Shown: in pieces, positions 46,827 through 55,688 of the stretch
How the letters are laid out: the number at the start of each line of letters is the position of its first letter
Numbering within the stretch: the stretch's first letter is position 1
Origin: an uncultured Actinomycetes bacterium
GTDB taxonomy: Bacteria > Actinomycetota > Acidimicrobiia > IMCC26256 > DASPTH01
Assembly (NCBI GenBank): GCA_963841415.1
Contig: CAWJCN010000001.1
Span: 995,334 to 1,059,333, forward strand
Reading direction: 5' to 3'
DNA length: 64,000 nt
Notes under the pieces: generated by a model
Seen by the model: the letters and a program-made list of their open reading frames with translations, nothing else
Database searches by the model: none
Told to the model about the DNA's origin: nothing
Translations under genes and position numbers: made by a program

Positions 46827-47796
46827 CATGCCCCCCGGACCCCGGACGGTCGAGTACGCGCAGCTCGCGCAGGATCTCGGCTACGACCGCGTGTGGCTGT
46901 ACGACTCCGCCGCGCTCTACGAGGACGTCTGGATCTGGCTGGCGCGCCTGGTCGAGCACACCGAGATCGACCTCGGCACCGCCGTGCTCGTGCCCAACCT
47001 CCGACACGTGATGACGACGGCCTCGGCCATCGCCACCCTGGAGCGCAGTGCGCCCGGCCGGCTCGCGTACGGGTTCGGCACGGGCGCGACCGCCCGGTGG
47101 GTGCTCGACCAGCCCGCCTTGTCGTGGGCGACGACGCGGCGCTACCTCGAGCAGCTCCACGCGCTCCTCCAGGGCGAGGTCGTCGAGATCGACGGGCAAC
47201 GGTGCCAGATGATCCACCACGCCGACTGGGCCCGGGCGCGTCCCATCGACGTGCCGATCGTGCTGTCGGCGTTCGGCCCCAAGGGCAAGCAGATCGTCGC
47301 CGACCTCTACGACGAGGGTGTGATCGCGGGCTCCATGGGCATGGCCGACGCCGACGTCGACGTGCCGTGGAAGGTCGTGATGACCGCGGGCACCGTGCTC
47401 GACGACGGGGAAGACCTCACGAGCCCGCGCCTCGTCGACGCGCTCGGACCCTGGTACGCGGTGCGCTACCACGGCGTGTGGCAGGCCTTTCCCGATGCCC
47501 TCCCCGGCCTACCCGGCGGCGACTCGTGGCGCGCCGGCATCGAGGCCGAACGCCCCGAGGGTGAGCGTCACCTCGTGGTGCACGAGGGTCACGTCACCAA
47601 CGTCATGCCGCGCGACCGTGAGGTGCTCGGTCTCGCGGGCGACGCGCTCGGCACCACCGGGTGGGTGGGATCGCTCGACGACATCCGCGCCCGCGCCCGA
47701 GAAGCCGAGGCTGCGGGCGCGACCGAGATCCTGTACACGCCGACCGGTGACGTGGAACGGGAGCTGCGCACGTTCGCGGCGGCCGTCCGGGGCTGA
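46810..47796 (+). CDS. LLM-class flavin/F420-dependent oxidoreductase
   Basis: 328 aa with the MKLSLGMPPGP..., DRVWLYDS, LGTAVLVPNLRH and AYGFGTGA patterns of the LLM family. Confidence 0.75.
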   Translation: MKLSLGMPPGPRTVEYAQLAQDLGYDRVWLYDSAALYEDVWIWLARLVEHTEIDLGTAVLVPNLRHVMTTASAIATLERSAPGRLAYGFGTGATARWVLDQPALSWATTRRYLEQLHALLQGEVVEIDGQRCQMIHHADWARARPIDVPIVLSAFGPKGKQIVADLYDEGVIAGSMGMADADVDVPWKVVMTAGTVLDDGEDLTSPRLVDALGPWYAVRYHGVWQAFPDALPGLPGGDSWRAGIEAERPEGERHLVVHEGHVTNVMPRDREVLGLAGDALGTTGWVGSLDDIRARAREAEAAGATEILYTPTGDVERELRTFAAAVRG

Positions 47797-47811
47797 CGGC
47801 ACGCTCACGAG

Positions 47812-48468
47812 TCAGAACTCGACGTCGAGCTCCTCGAGCTCGTCGGGCTCGCGTTCGGCTGCGGCGATCCACTCGCGCATCGCGGGCATGTCCATGATCG
47901 TGTTGCAGTACGCGGCGGCGACATCGTCGAGCTCGACGTCGTAGGTGCGGAACCGCGCGCACACCGGCGCGTACATGGCGTCGGCGATGGTCGCGTGTTG
48001 ACCGAAAAGATAGGGACCGCCGTAGGCGTCGAGGCAGTGCCGCCACACCACGAGGATGCGGTCGACGTCGGCCTGTGCCCCGGCCCACACCTTGAACTCC
48101 TTGTGGCGAGCCTTCAGATTCATCGGCAACGCCGAACGCAGGTTCACGAAGCCCGAGTGGATCTCGCCGCACACCGCCCGGCAGTGCGCGCGCGCCACGG
48201 TGTCGGGCGGCAACAGACCCGCTTCGGGCCGCACCTCGTTGAGGTACTCGCCGATGGCCATCGTGTCCCACACCGTCACGCCCTCGTGCACCAACTTGGG
48301 CACCAGGAACGACGACGACAACAACAACAGCTCCGCACGCGTGTCGGGATCGTCGTTGTCGAGGACGTGCTCGTCGAAGTCGAGACCTGACATCTTGCAC
48401 AGCAACCACCCGCGCAGGGACCATGCGCCGTAGTTCTTGCTGTTGATGGTCAGCGTCGCGTCAGCCAT
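47812..48468 (-). CDS. Glutathione S-transferase family protein
   Basis: 218 aa with NYGAWSLRGWLLCKMSGLDFDE, LVPKLVHEGVTVWDTMAIGEYL and the C-terminal GST helices. Confidence 0.75.
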   Translation of the reverse strand: MADATLTINSKNYGAWSLRGWLLCKMSGLDFDEHVLDNDDPDTRAELLLLSSSFLVPKLVHEGVTVWDTMAIGEYLNEVRPEAGLLPPDTVARAHCRAVCGEIHSGFVNLRSALPMNLKARHKEFKVWAGAQADVDRILVVWRHCLDAYGGPYLFGQHATIADAMYAPVCARFRTYDVELDDVAAAYCNTIMDMPAMREWIAAAEREPDELEELDVEF

Positions 48469-48592
48469 CGGTGACCTCCGGGGGGATCGGAAGCGCGAGT
48501 ACGCGGTGGGCGTTGTCTATGGTGTCGCCACCAGTCGGTGTGCTCTCGGTCAAGGTAGTTGGCTACGAGCGCTCGACGATCATGAGGGCCGC

Positions 48593-49831
48593 ATGCTGTA
48601 CCAGGCGTATCAAGCTCAGGCCGACATCATGACCTCTCTGCGCGGCCTCGCGGGGATTGCTCTGCAAGGTTACGGTCAGTTGCGCGACTGCAACCCCTAC
48701 CTCGCGGACACGAAGACCGCGCGCAGTCTCGCCGCGGGCTACTCGCTCCTCGAGCGCGTCGGGCTCACCCACGAGCGTCCACCATGGGCCATCGAGTCGG
48801 TGCGCATCGGTCGGCGCGACGTCGCGATCCGCGAGGAGGCGACCGACGTCCAGCCGTTCGGCACCCTCCTGCACTTCGCCAAGGACACCGACGGCCGGCG
48901 GGTGCCCGACGCGCCCAAGGTGCTCGTCGTGGCGCCCCTGTCGGGGCACTTCGCCACGCTCCTGCGGGGCACGGTCACCACGCTCCTCCCCGAGCAGGAG
49001 GTGTGGGTCACCGACTGGCACAACGCCCGCGACGTCGGTCTGGCCGACGGCAGCTTCGGGTTCGACGCCTACATCGAGTACCTCATCCACTGGCTCGAGG
49101 TGCTCGGCCCCGACACCCACGTCATCGCCGTGTGCCAGCCCTGCGTGGCCGCGCTGGTCGCGACTGCGGTGATGTCGGAGGCCGACCACCCGGCCACGCC
49201 CCGGACGCTCACGTTGATGGCGGGGCCCATCGACACGCGCGTCGATCCCACCGTGGTCAACACGCTCGCCACGAGCCGACCCATCTCGTGGTTCGAGCGC
49301 AACGTCATCACCAACGTGCCGATGCGCTACGCCGGCGCCCGCCGTCCGGTGTATCCCGGCTTCCTCCAGCTGGCGTCGTTCGTCACCATGAACCTCGAGC
49401 GGCACCTCAGCGCGCATCGCGACCTCTACCAACGCCTGGTCGAAGGCGACGACGCTGCCGCCGACGTCACGCGCGCCTTCTACGACGAGTACTTCGCGGT
49501 GCTCGACCTGACCGCCGAGTTCTACCTGGAGACGGTGCAGTTCGTGTTCCAGGAGCACCGCCTCGCGCGCGGCGTGCTCGAGTTCCAGGGCCGCCCGGTT
49601 GACCCCGCTGCCATTCGCCACACCGCGCTGCTCACGGTGGAGGGCGAACGCGACGACATCTGTTCCCCGGGTCAGACGTTCCCGGCCCACGACCTCTGCA
49701 GCAGCATCAAGCCGATGCGCAAGCGCCACCACCTCCAGCCGGGTGTCGGTCATTACGGCGTGTTCAACGGACGGCGCTGGCAGCAGCAGATCTACCCGCT
49801 GGTGCACAACCTGATCCTCGCCAACGGCTGA
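48593..49831 (+). CDS. phaZ: Intracellular polyhydroxyalkanoate depolymerase
   Basis: ATG 48593 (MLYQAYQAQADI). Patterns VVAPLSGHFATLLR, VTDWHNARD, AVCQPCV, LTLMAGPIDTR and GVGHYGVFNGRRW are typical of the PhaZ (intracellular) family. Confidence 0.8.
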   Translation: MLYQAYQAQADIMTSLRGLAGIALQGYGQLRDCNPYLADTKTARSLAAGYSLLERVGLTHERPPWAIESVRIGRRDVAIREEATDVQPFGTLLHFAKDTDGRRVPDAPKVLVVAPLSGHFATLLRGTVTTLLPEQEVWVTDWHNARDVGLADGSFGFDAYIEYLIHWLEVLGPDTHVIAVCQPCVAALVATAVMSEADHPATPRTLTLMAGPIDTRVDPTVVNTLATSRPISWFERNVITNVPMRYAGARRPVYPGFLQLASFVTMNLERHLSAHRDLYQRLVEGDDAAADVTRAFYDEYFAVLDLTAEFYLETVQFVFQEHRLARGVLEFQGRPVDPAAIRHTALLTVEGERDDICSPGQTFPAHDLCSSIKPMRKRHHLQPGVGHYGVFNGRRWQQQIYPLVHNLILANG

Positions 49832-49838
49832 CCCGCGG

Positions 49839-50915
49839 TCAGAGCTCCGCGAGCAGGCTCTCCAGCGCGGCGCTGGCTGGGTTCTCCAGCCAGATCGTGT
49901 GGTCCTCGGGCATGAGCCCGCGGTCAACGGCGCGGTTCATGACTCGCACGACGATGGCGCAGTAGCGCGCCGCGGCGCAGATCTCGAACCACTGCGCGTC
50001 GGGTACCGCGCGACCGGACACGGCCTCGTACATTCGCAGCTGCTCGTCGCGCGTGGGATCACCCGCAGCGCGTTCGACCCCTGCCCACTCGTGCATCGTG
50101 CGGTCGAACATCAACCACCACCCGACGTCGAGCTCGGGCGATGCGATCGACGCCGCCTCGAAGTCGGTCGCGCACACCGGCACCGCGTCCCGCCAGATGA
50201 TGTTGCCGGGACGGGGGTCACCCCAGCAGAGCCCCACCGGGCTCGCGCGAGGACGTTCCGCGTGCAACCACGCGAACGCGCGGTCGGCGAGCGGGTGCAC
50301 CCGATCGCGCAGCTCGGTGCGGTAGTAGTGCTCCCAGAGCTCGAGCTGGCGTTCGAGGGTGGGCGTCGTGCCCGAGGGAACCAGGAACTCGAGACCCGCG
50401 GCGCGCCAGTCGACGTCGTGCACGCGCGCGACGGTCGTCAACCCGCGCTCGATCATCGCGGTGCGTGCGGCGGGCGTGAGGTCGAGGAAGAACCCGGCCG
50501 TGGTGTACGGCGGATCCTCGACCGGGACCTGGCCTTCTCGGAACCCCATGACGAAGAACGGCGCGCCGAGAATCGACGGATCCGACTCGTACCCGATCAT
50601 CGGTGCGACGGGCACGTCGGAGTGCGCGCCGAGCGCGTCCATCACCCGGTACTGCAGCTCGATCTCCACCGACCAACCGGGCACCTGCACCGGGTACACC
50701 GGCGGGTCGGGACTCTCGGTGCGCAGGACGTAGCGCTCCTCGTTGGCGATGCCACCGCGCGTCACCACGACGTCGACCATCGTGGTGTCGGCCGAAAACC
50801 CGCTGCTCGCCTTGCGCACGCCGACCAGCTCGACCGCTTCGGCCATCGGAACGTGCGCCTCGAGCCACCCCTGCAGCGGAAGCAACGCTTCCGCGAAGGG
50901 TTCGGTCTCGGCCAT
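49839..50915 (-). CDS. Phosphotransferase (APH/choline-kinase-like) family protein
   Basis: ATG 50915, 358 aa. Patterns LCWGDPRPGNIIW and TDFEAASIASPELDVGWW give the kinase-fold HxDxxxxN / D-motif equivalents. Confidence 0.75.
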   Translation of the reverse strand: MAETEPFAEALLPLQGWLEAHVPMAEAVELVGVRKASSGFSADTTMVDVVVTRGGIANEERYVLRTESPDPPVYPVQVPGWSVEIELQYRVMDALGAHSDVPVAPMIGYESDPSILGAPFFVMGFREGQVPVEDPPYTTAGFFLDLTPAARTAMIERGLTTVARVHDVDWRAAGLEFLVPSGTTPTLERQLELWEHYYRTELRDRVHPLADRAFAWLHAERPRASPVGLCWGDPRPGNIIWRDAVPVCATDFEAASIASPELDVGWWLMFDRTMHEWAGVERAAGDPTRDEQLRMYEAVSGRAVPDAQWFEICAAARYCAIVVRVMNRAVDRGLMPEDHTIWLENPASAALESLLAEL

Positions 50916-50916
50916 G

Positions 50917-51678
50917 TCAGCCCACGTCCATGGTCGAACCGGGCGCGGGGTTGGCCACGACGTAGCGCAGGTCGACGGGCGACGCGATCGCCGCGACCAC
51001 CGCGGTCGCGCAGTCGCGCACCGACATCGCCCCTGGTCCGTTGTCGTGCACGTAGCCGCGCGCTTCCCACACCGGCGAGAGCTCACCCAGCAACACGGGA
51101 TCCCACGACTGGTACACCTCGGTGCCGAGCGTGTTGCCCACCGCCACGTTGCCGAACCCGATCTCGGGATGCTCACCCCGCCAGGCACGCACCAGCTCGT
51201 CCAGCGCGGCCTTGCTCGTCTCGTACGCGCCCATGCCAGGGAGCGGGCGTCCGACCGACGTGGCCGAGATGTACACCATGCGACCGTTCGACGCGGTGAG
51301 CGGGGCGAGCGCCGCCCGCGTGACGAGCGACGCCCCGAACACGTTGGTCTCGAACACCTGCGCCCAGCGCTCGGCGTCGGTGTCGACCAGACGTACCAGC
51401 GGGTCGACCGCGGTGGCGTACACGACGGCATCGAGCCCACCGAGGTGCGCGACCGCCTCGGCCACCACCGCGTCGCACTGCTCCGGGACCCGCACGTCGC
51501 AGACCAGGCTGCTGGCTCCGGCGCCGACCTCGGCCACCGCGTCCGCCAGCTTGTCGGCCCGCCGGGCCGCGAGCACGACGCGGGCTCCCGCCGCGCCGAG
51601 CTGCACCGCCACCTCGCGCCCGATGCCCGACGACCCGCCGACGACCAGCACGCGCGCACCCTGCAGCTCCATGAGCAC
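50917..51678 (-). CDS. Short-chain dehydrogenase/reductase
   Basis: RVLVVGGSSGIGRE and YETSKAA motifs. Its stop is 1 nt from the downstream ATG. ATG 51672 is an alternative start. Confidence 0.8.
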   Translation of the reverse strand: MLMELQGARVLVVGGSSGIGREVAVQLGAAGARVVLAARRADKLADAVAEVGAGASSLVCDVRVPEQCDAVVAEAVAHLGGLDAVVYATAVDPLVRLVDTDAERWAQVFETNVFGASLVTRAALAPLTASNGRMVYISATSVGRPLPGMGAYETSKAALDELVRAWRGEHPEIGFGNVAVGNTLGTEVYQSWDPVLLGELSPVWEARGYVHDNGPGAMSVRDCATAVVAAIASPVDLRYVVANPAPGSTMDVG

Positions 51679-51758
51679 CCCTCGTCGCGGACGGCGCCAC
51701 GCTACCGGGCCCGCGCGTGTGATCTCCGTGTGAACACGGGCCCGCGGACATTGACAGT

Positions 51759-53126
51759 TTGTTGAACGCGCTGCACCGTGTGTCGATGCCCACCCTCCTG
51801 CGCAACGGCATCGTCCTGCCCATGACCGGCGGCGCCGCCGCGTTCGACCCCGGGTCGGTGTTGCTCGACGGCGACACCATCGTCGCCGTCGGCCCGGTCG
51901 ACGAGATCGACGCGGACCCCCGCGCGGCCGGGGCGGAGATCGTCGACCTCACGGGCCACGCCGTGGTGCCGGGCTTCCACAACACGCATCTCCACTCGGG
52001 GCTGTTGCGCGGCACCGCGGAGTCGATGTCGTTGTGGGACTGGCTGGAGACCTTCGTCGACCCCGCCCACCGGGCGCTGACCCCGGAGATCGCGGCCAGC
52101 GCGTCGCTGCACTGCTACGCCGAGAGCGTGCTCGCCGGCACGACGTCGGTGATGGACATGTGGCGCTACATGGAGGGTTCGGCGGCCGCGGCGGAGACGA
52201 TCGGCCTGCGCGCAACGCTCGTGCCCTACGTCGCCGACGGCGAGTTCGACTACTTCGAGACCCTCGCGTCGAACCGCCGCCTCCTCGAGACGCACCGCAC
52301 CGCGGCCGACGGCCGGGTCCGCACGTGGGTCGGGCTCGAGCACCTCTTCTACTGCAGCGAGCAGTGCTTCCGCGACGCGCTCATCCTGGCCGAGGAGTTC
52401 GACACCGGTCTCCACACCCACTCGTCGGAGTCGATCTGGGAGGTGCAGGAGTCGCTCAAGCGCTTCGGCCGTCGCCCACTCGAGGTGTTCCACCAGCGCG
52501 GCATCCTCACCGAGCGCACCGTGGTCGCGCACTGCGTGTGGCTCGATGACCGGGAGATCCAACTCCTCGCGCAGACCGGCACCGCGGTCGCGCACTGCCC
52601 GTGCTCGAACATGAAGCTGTCGTCGGGACCGGCGCGCATCGGCGCGATGCACGCGGCGGGTGTGGTGATCGGACTCGGCAGCGATGGCGAGAAGGAGAAC
52701 AACAACCTCGACCTGGTGGAGGAGATGAAGTTCGCGTCGCTGCTCCAGAAGGTCTCGACGCTCAATCCCACGACCGGTGACCCGTGGGAGGTGCTGGCCA
52801 TGGCGACGATCGACGGCGCGCGCGCCCTCGGGCTCGACGACGTCACCGGCTCGTTGGTCGCGGGCAAGCGGGCCGACGTGGTCACGGTCGCGCTCGGCGG
52901 GCTCCACACCACACCCGTGCTGCACGGACGCGACTTCAACGTCGCCGCCCACCTCGTCTTCTCGGCTTCGGGGCGCGACGTGCGCGACGTGTGGGTCGAC
53001 GGTCGGCGCCTCGTCGCCGGCGGCGAACCTACGACGTTCGACGTCGCGAGCGTGCGCGCCGAGGCCCAGGCCGCGGCCGAGGAGCTGTTCGAACGGCGGG
53101 CGAAGGTGCTCGCCATGTCCACCTGA
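51759..53126 (+). CDS. Amidohydrolase (cytosine/guanine/MTA-deaminase or chlorohydrolase-like)
   Basis: Patterns VPGFHNTHLHS, LHTHSSES, AHCVWL and LGSDGEKENNNLD. The likely start is ATG 51786 (MPTLLRNGIVL). Confidence 0.8.
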   Translation: MLNALHRVSMPTLLRNGIVLPMTGGAAAFDPGSVLLDGDTIVAVGPVDEIDADPRAAGAEIVDLTGHAVVPGFHNTHLHSGLLRGTAESMSLWDWLETFVDPAHRALTPEIAASASLHCYAESVLAGTTSVMDMWRYMEGSAAAAETIGLRATLVPYVADGEFDYFETLASNRRLLETHRTAADGRVRTWVGLEHLFYCSEQCFRDALILAEEFDTGLHTHSSESIWEVQESLKRFGRRPLEVFHQRGILTERTVVAHCVWLDDREIQLLAQTGTAVAHCPCSNMKLSSGPARIGAMHAAGVVIGLGSDGEKENNNLDLVEEMKFASLLQKVSTLNPTTGDPWEVLAMATIDGARALGLDDVTGSLVAGKRADVVTVALGGLHTTPVLHGRDFNVAAHLVFSASGRDVRDVWVDGRRLVAGGEPTTFDVASVRAEAQAAAEELFERRAKVLAMST

Positions 53127-53134
53127 ACCCGGCG

Positions 53135-54502
53135 GTGAGCCGACTTCTGGTGCGTGCGGCCGACTGGTGCTGCACGTTCGACTCCGACGACACCGAGCTG
53201 GCCGGCGCCGATGTGCTCGTCGACGACGGCGTGATCGTCGCCGTCGGGGTTGATCTCGAAGTCAGCGGACCGGTCGACCGCACCGTCGACGGTCGCGGCC
53301 TGGTGCTGCTCCCAGGACTGGTGAACGCGCACCAGCACCTCTACCAGGGCGCGTGCCGCGCCGTCCCCCACCTCGAGCGGGTGCTGATCGGCCCGTGGCT
53401 CGCCGGCCTCGGCGCGTTGGTGAAGGGCTGGTGGCGCGACGGCCGGTTCGCACCCGACGCGGTCGGCGCGATCAGCAGCGCGGTGCTCGCCGAATCACTG
53501 CTCGGCGGCGTGACCACGGTGGCCGACCAGCACTACTTCTTCCCCGCCGGCCCCTCGCTCGACTACGTGGAGGCCACGGTCGCCGCCGCGCGGGAGATCG
53601 GGGTGCGGCTCCACGCGTGCCGCGGTTCGATCACCGCCGGTCCCGATCCCGACGTCACGCAGTCCGTCGACGAGGTCGTGCGTCACTGCGCCGCCCTGAT
53701 CGCGTCGGTGCACGACCCGTCGCCGTCGTCGCGCGCGCGGGTGGCGCTCGCCCCGTGTGGGCCGCACGTGGACCAACCCGAGCTGTTCGACGAGCTCGCC
53801 GCACTCGCGGCCGACCACGACGGGGTGCGGCTCCACACCCACCTCTACGAACACGTCGACGACGAGGTGTGCCGCGCGCGTCACGGCTGCACGCCGTGGG
53901 AGCTGCTCGCCGCGCACGGCTGGGCCCAGGAGCGAACGTGGCTCGCGCACGTCGTGAACCCGCCGTCGTCCGAGATCCCCGAGATGGCAGCCGCCGACGT
54001 GGGCATCGCGCACCTGATCGCGCCCGACCTGCGCATGGGGTGGGGTGCGGCTCCGGTGCGCGACTACCTCGACGCCGGCTGCACGGTTGGCTTCGGCACC
54101 ACCGGTTCGGCCTCCAACGACGGCAATGACCTGCTCGGCGACCTGCGGCTCGCCTTGCTCGCGCACCGCAGCACCGATCCCGACGACCCGAGCCGGTGGC
54201 TCACCGCCCGCGACCTGCTCCGCGCCGCCACCCGCGGCTCGGCCGACTGCCTCGGTCGCCCGGAGCTTGGTCGCATCGCGGTCGGCGCTCGCGCCGACCT
54301 GGCCGCGTGGGACCTCACGACCGTCGACCGGGTCGGGATCCACGATCCGGTGGCGGGCCTGCTCCTCACCGGGCTGTCGTCGCGCGCATCCCTCGTCGTC
54401 GTCGAAGGCGAGGTGCTGGTGGAGCACGGCGAACCGACCGAGCTCGACGTGGCCGCCGTCGCAGCCCGAGCCCGCGCCGCGGTGCCACCGCTCCCGGCAT
54501 GA
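53135..54502 (+). CDS. Amidohydrolase (8-oxoguanine/guanine deaminase or hydroxyatrazine hydrolase-like)
   Basis: GTG 53135, 8 nt after the previous stop. Patterns LPGLVNAHQHLYQG, LHTHLYEH, LAHVVN and GTTGSASND. Confidence 0.8.
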   Translation: MSRLLVRAADWCCTFDSDDTELAGADVLVDDGVIVAVGVDLEVSGPVDRTVDGRGLVLLPGLVNAHQHLYQGACRAVPHLERVLIGPWLAGLGALVKGWWRDGRFAPDAVGAISSAVLAESLLGGVTTVADQHYFFPAGPSLDYVEATVAAAREIGVRLHACRGSITAGPDPDVTQSVDEVVRHCAALIASVHDPSPSSRARVALAPCGPHVDQPELFDELAALAADHDGVRLHTHLYEHVDDEVCRARHGCTPWELLAAHGWAQERTWLAHVVNPPSSEIPEMAAADVGIAHLIAPDLRMGWGAAPVRDYLDAGCTVGFGTTGSASNDGNDLLGDLRLALLAHRSTDPDDPSRWLTARDLLRAATRGSADCLGRPELGRIAVGARADLAAWDLTTVDRVGIHDPVAGLLLTGLSSRASLVVVEGEVLVEHGEPTELDVAAVAARARAAVPPLPA

Positions 54503-54586
54503 AGCGTTCCGCCACGCGGACCCCTGTCGTGGCGCGTGGAGCGCGGAAGTAGCGCTCTCACGGTCCGCCCGCCAGTCGAGATCGCC

Positions 54587-54600
54587 CTGCATATATGCAG
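54587..54600. promoter_or_regulatory. Perfect 14-bp AT-cored palindrome CTGCATATATGCAG, with a second palindrome GATCTAGATC at 54614-54623
   Basis: Both lie in the 254-bp gap between convergent genes. They are the most AT-rich local sequence in an otherwise GC-rich region. Function unknown. Confidence 0.35.
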
Positions 54601-54755
54601 TGCCGTGCTTGTTGATCTAGATCCACAAGGCGACGTCCGCGTCTCGAGGGCACGTCATGGCGACAACTTCCATGCCTCGACCAGCGATCCGTTCGACGGC
54701 ACGTACCCCGCACCTGGCGCACGATCTCCTCGAGCACGCGTTCCGAGTGGATCCT

Positions 54756-55688
54756 TCAGTCGGCGTCGAGCAGGTCGCTGACGCCGTCGTGCTGGTAGCG
54801 GCCCTGACGACGTTCGATCCAGTCGCGGGCGCGGACGGGCGCGGCCGGCGCGGGTCCGTCGGTGGCCGGTCCGACCACGGCGTCGAGGTCGGGATGATGG
54901 AAGTAGACGAGCGAGAGTCGACGGCCGCGGTCACCGGCGTCGAGCGGCGGGTTCACGACGCGGTGGGGCGTCGCGCGCAACCGGCCTGCCGTGAGCCGCT
55001 CCAACAGGTCCCCGGCCTGCACGACCAGCGCGCCCGATGGCACGGTCGCGGCCTGCCATCCGACCCGGTCGTACGCCACCTCGAGCCCACCGGGCGCGTC
55101 GTCGACCTGGAGGATGGTGATGCCGCCGTGGTCGGTGTGCGGGTTGACCCGCACCTGGCCCGGCTTGGGCGCCACGAGCTGGGCCGGGTAGTGGTTCGCC
55201 ACCAGGTTCGAGTACTGCCCCACCTGCCACGCCGGCAACACCGCGCGGTCGAGGTCCAACTCGCGGGCGAGGAGCTCGATCACCGCAGCCGCGAGCTCGA
55301 ACATCGCCGCGTGGTACGCCTCCCACGCCGGCCGCAGCGCGACGGGGAGCGCCGGCCAGTTGTTGAGCGCGTTGTCGGGACCGCCCGCCGACGGGGACAG
55401 GTTCTCTTCCAGCCATTCGCGCCACTCGACGTTGCTGTCGTCGGCGAAGCGCTCTCCGCCTTCGAACACCGGCTGCCATCCCCGCCAGACGTCGTGCCCG
55501 ACCCACTCGCAGCGCGCCTTCTCCTCGCGCGGCAGGTCGAAGAACTCGATCGACACCGCGCGCATCGTGTCGACGACGTCCTCGGGCACGCCGTGGCCGA
55601 GCAGTGCCGTGTACCCCTGCACCGAGAACGCGTCCACCATTGTCGCGCCCGCACTCGGCGCGTCGAGGTCGCAGACGATCGTGGTCAC
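54756..55688 (-). CDS. 2OG-Fe(II) oxygenase (isopenicillin-N-synthase-like family)
   Basis: GTG 55688 overlaps the upstream stop (GTGA). Patterns NHYPAQ, VNPHTDHGGITILQ (HxD) and LRATPHRVV. Confidence 0.8.
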   Translation of the reverse strand: MTTIVCDLDAPSAGATMVDAFSVQGYTALLGHGVPEDVVDTMRAVSIEFFDLPREEKARCEWVGHDVWRGWQPVFEGGERFADDSNVEWREWLEENLSPSAGGPDNALNNWPALPVALRPAWEAYHAAMFELAAAVIELLARELDLDRAVLPAWQVGQYSNLVANHYPAQLVAPKPGQVRVNPHTDHGGITILQVDDAPGGLEVAYDRVGWQAATVPSGALVVQAGDLLERLTAGRLRATPHRVVNPPLDAGDRGRRLSLVYFHHPDLDAVVGPATDGPAPAAPVRARDWIERRQGRYQHDGVSDLLDAD

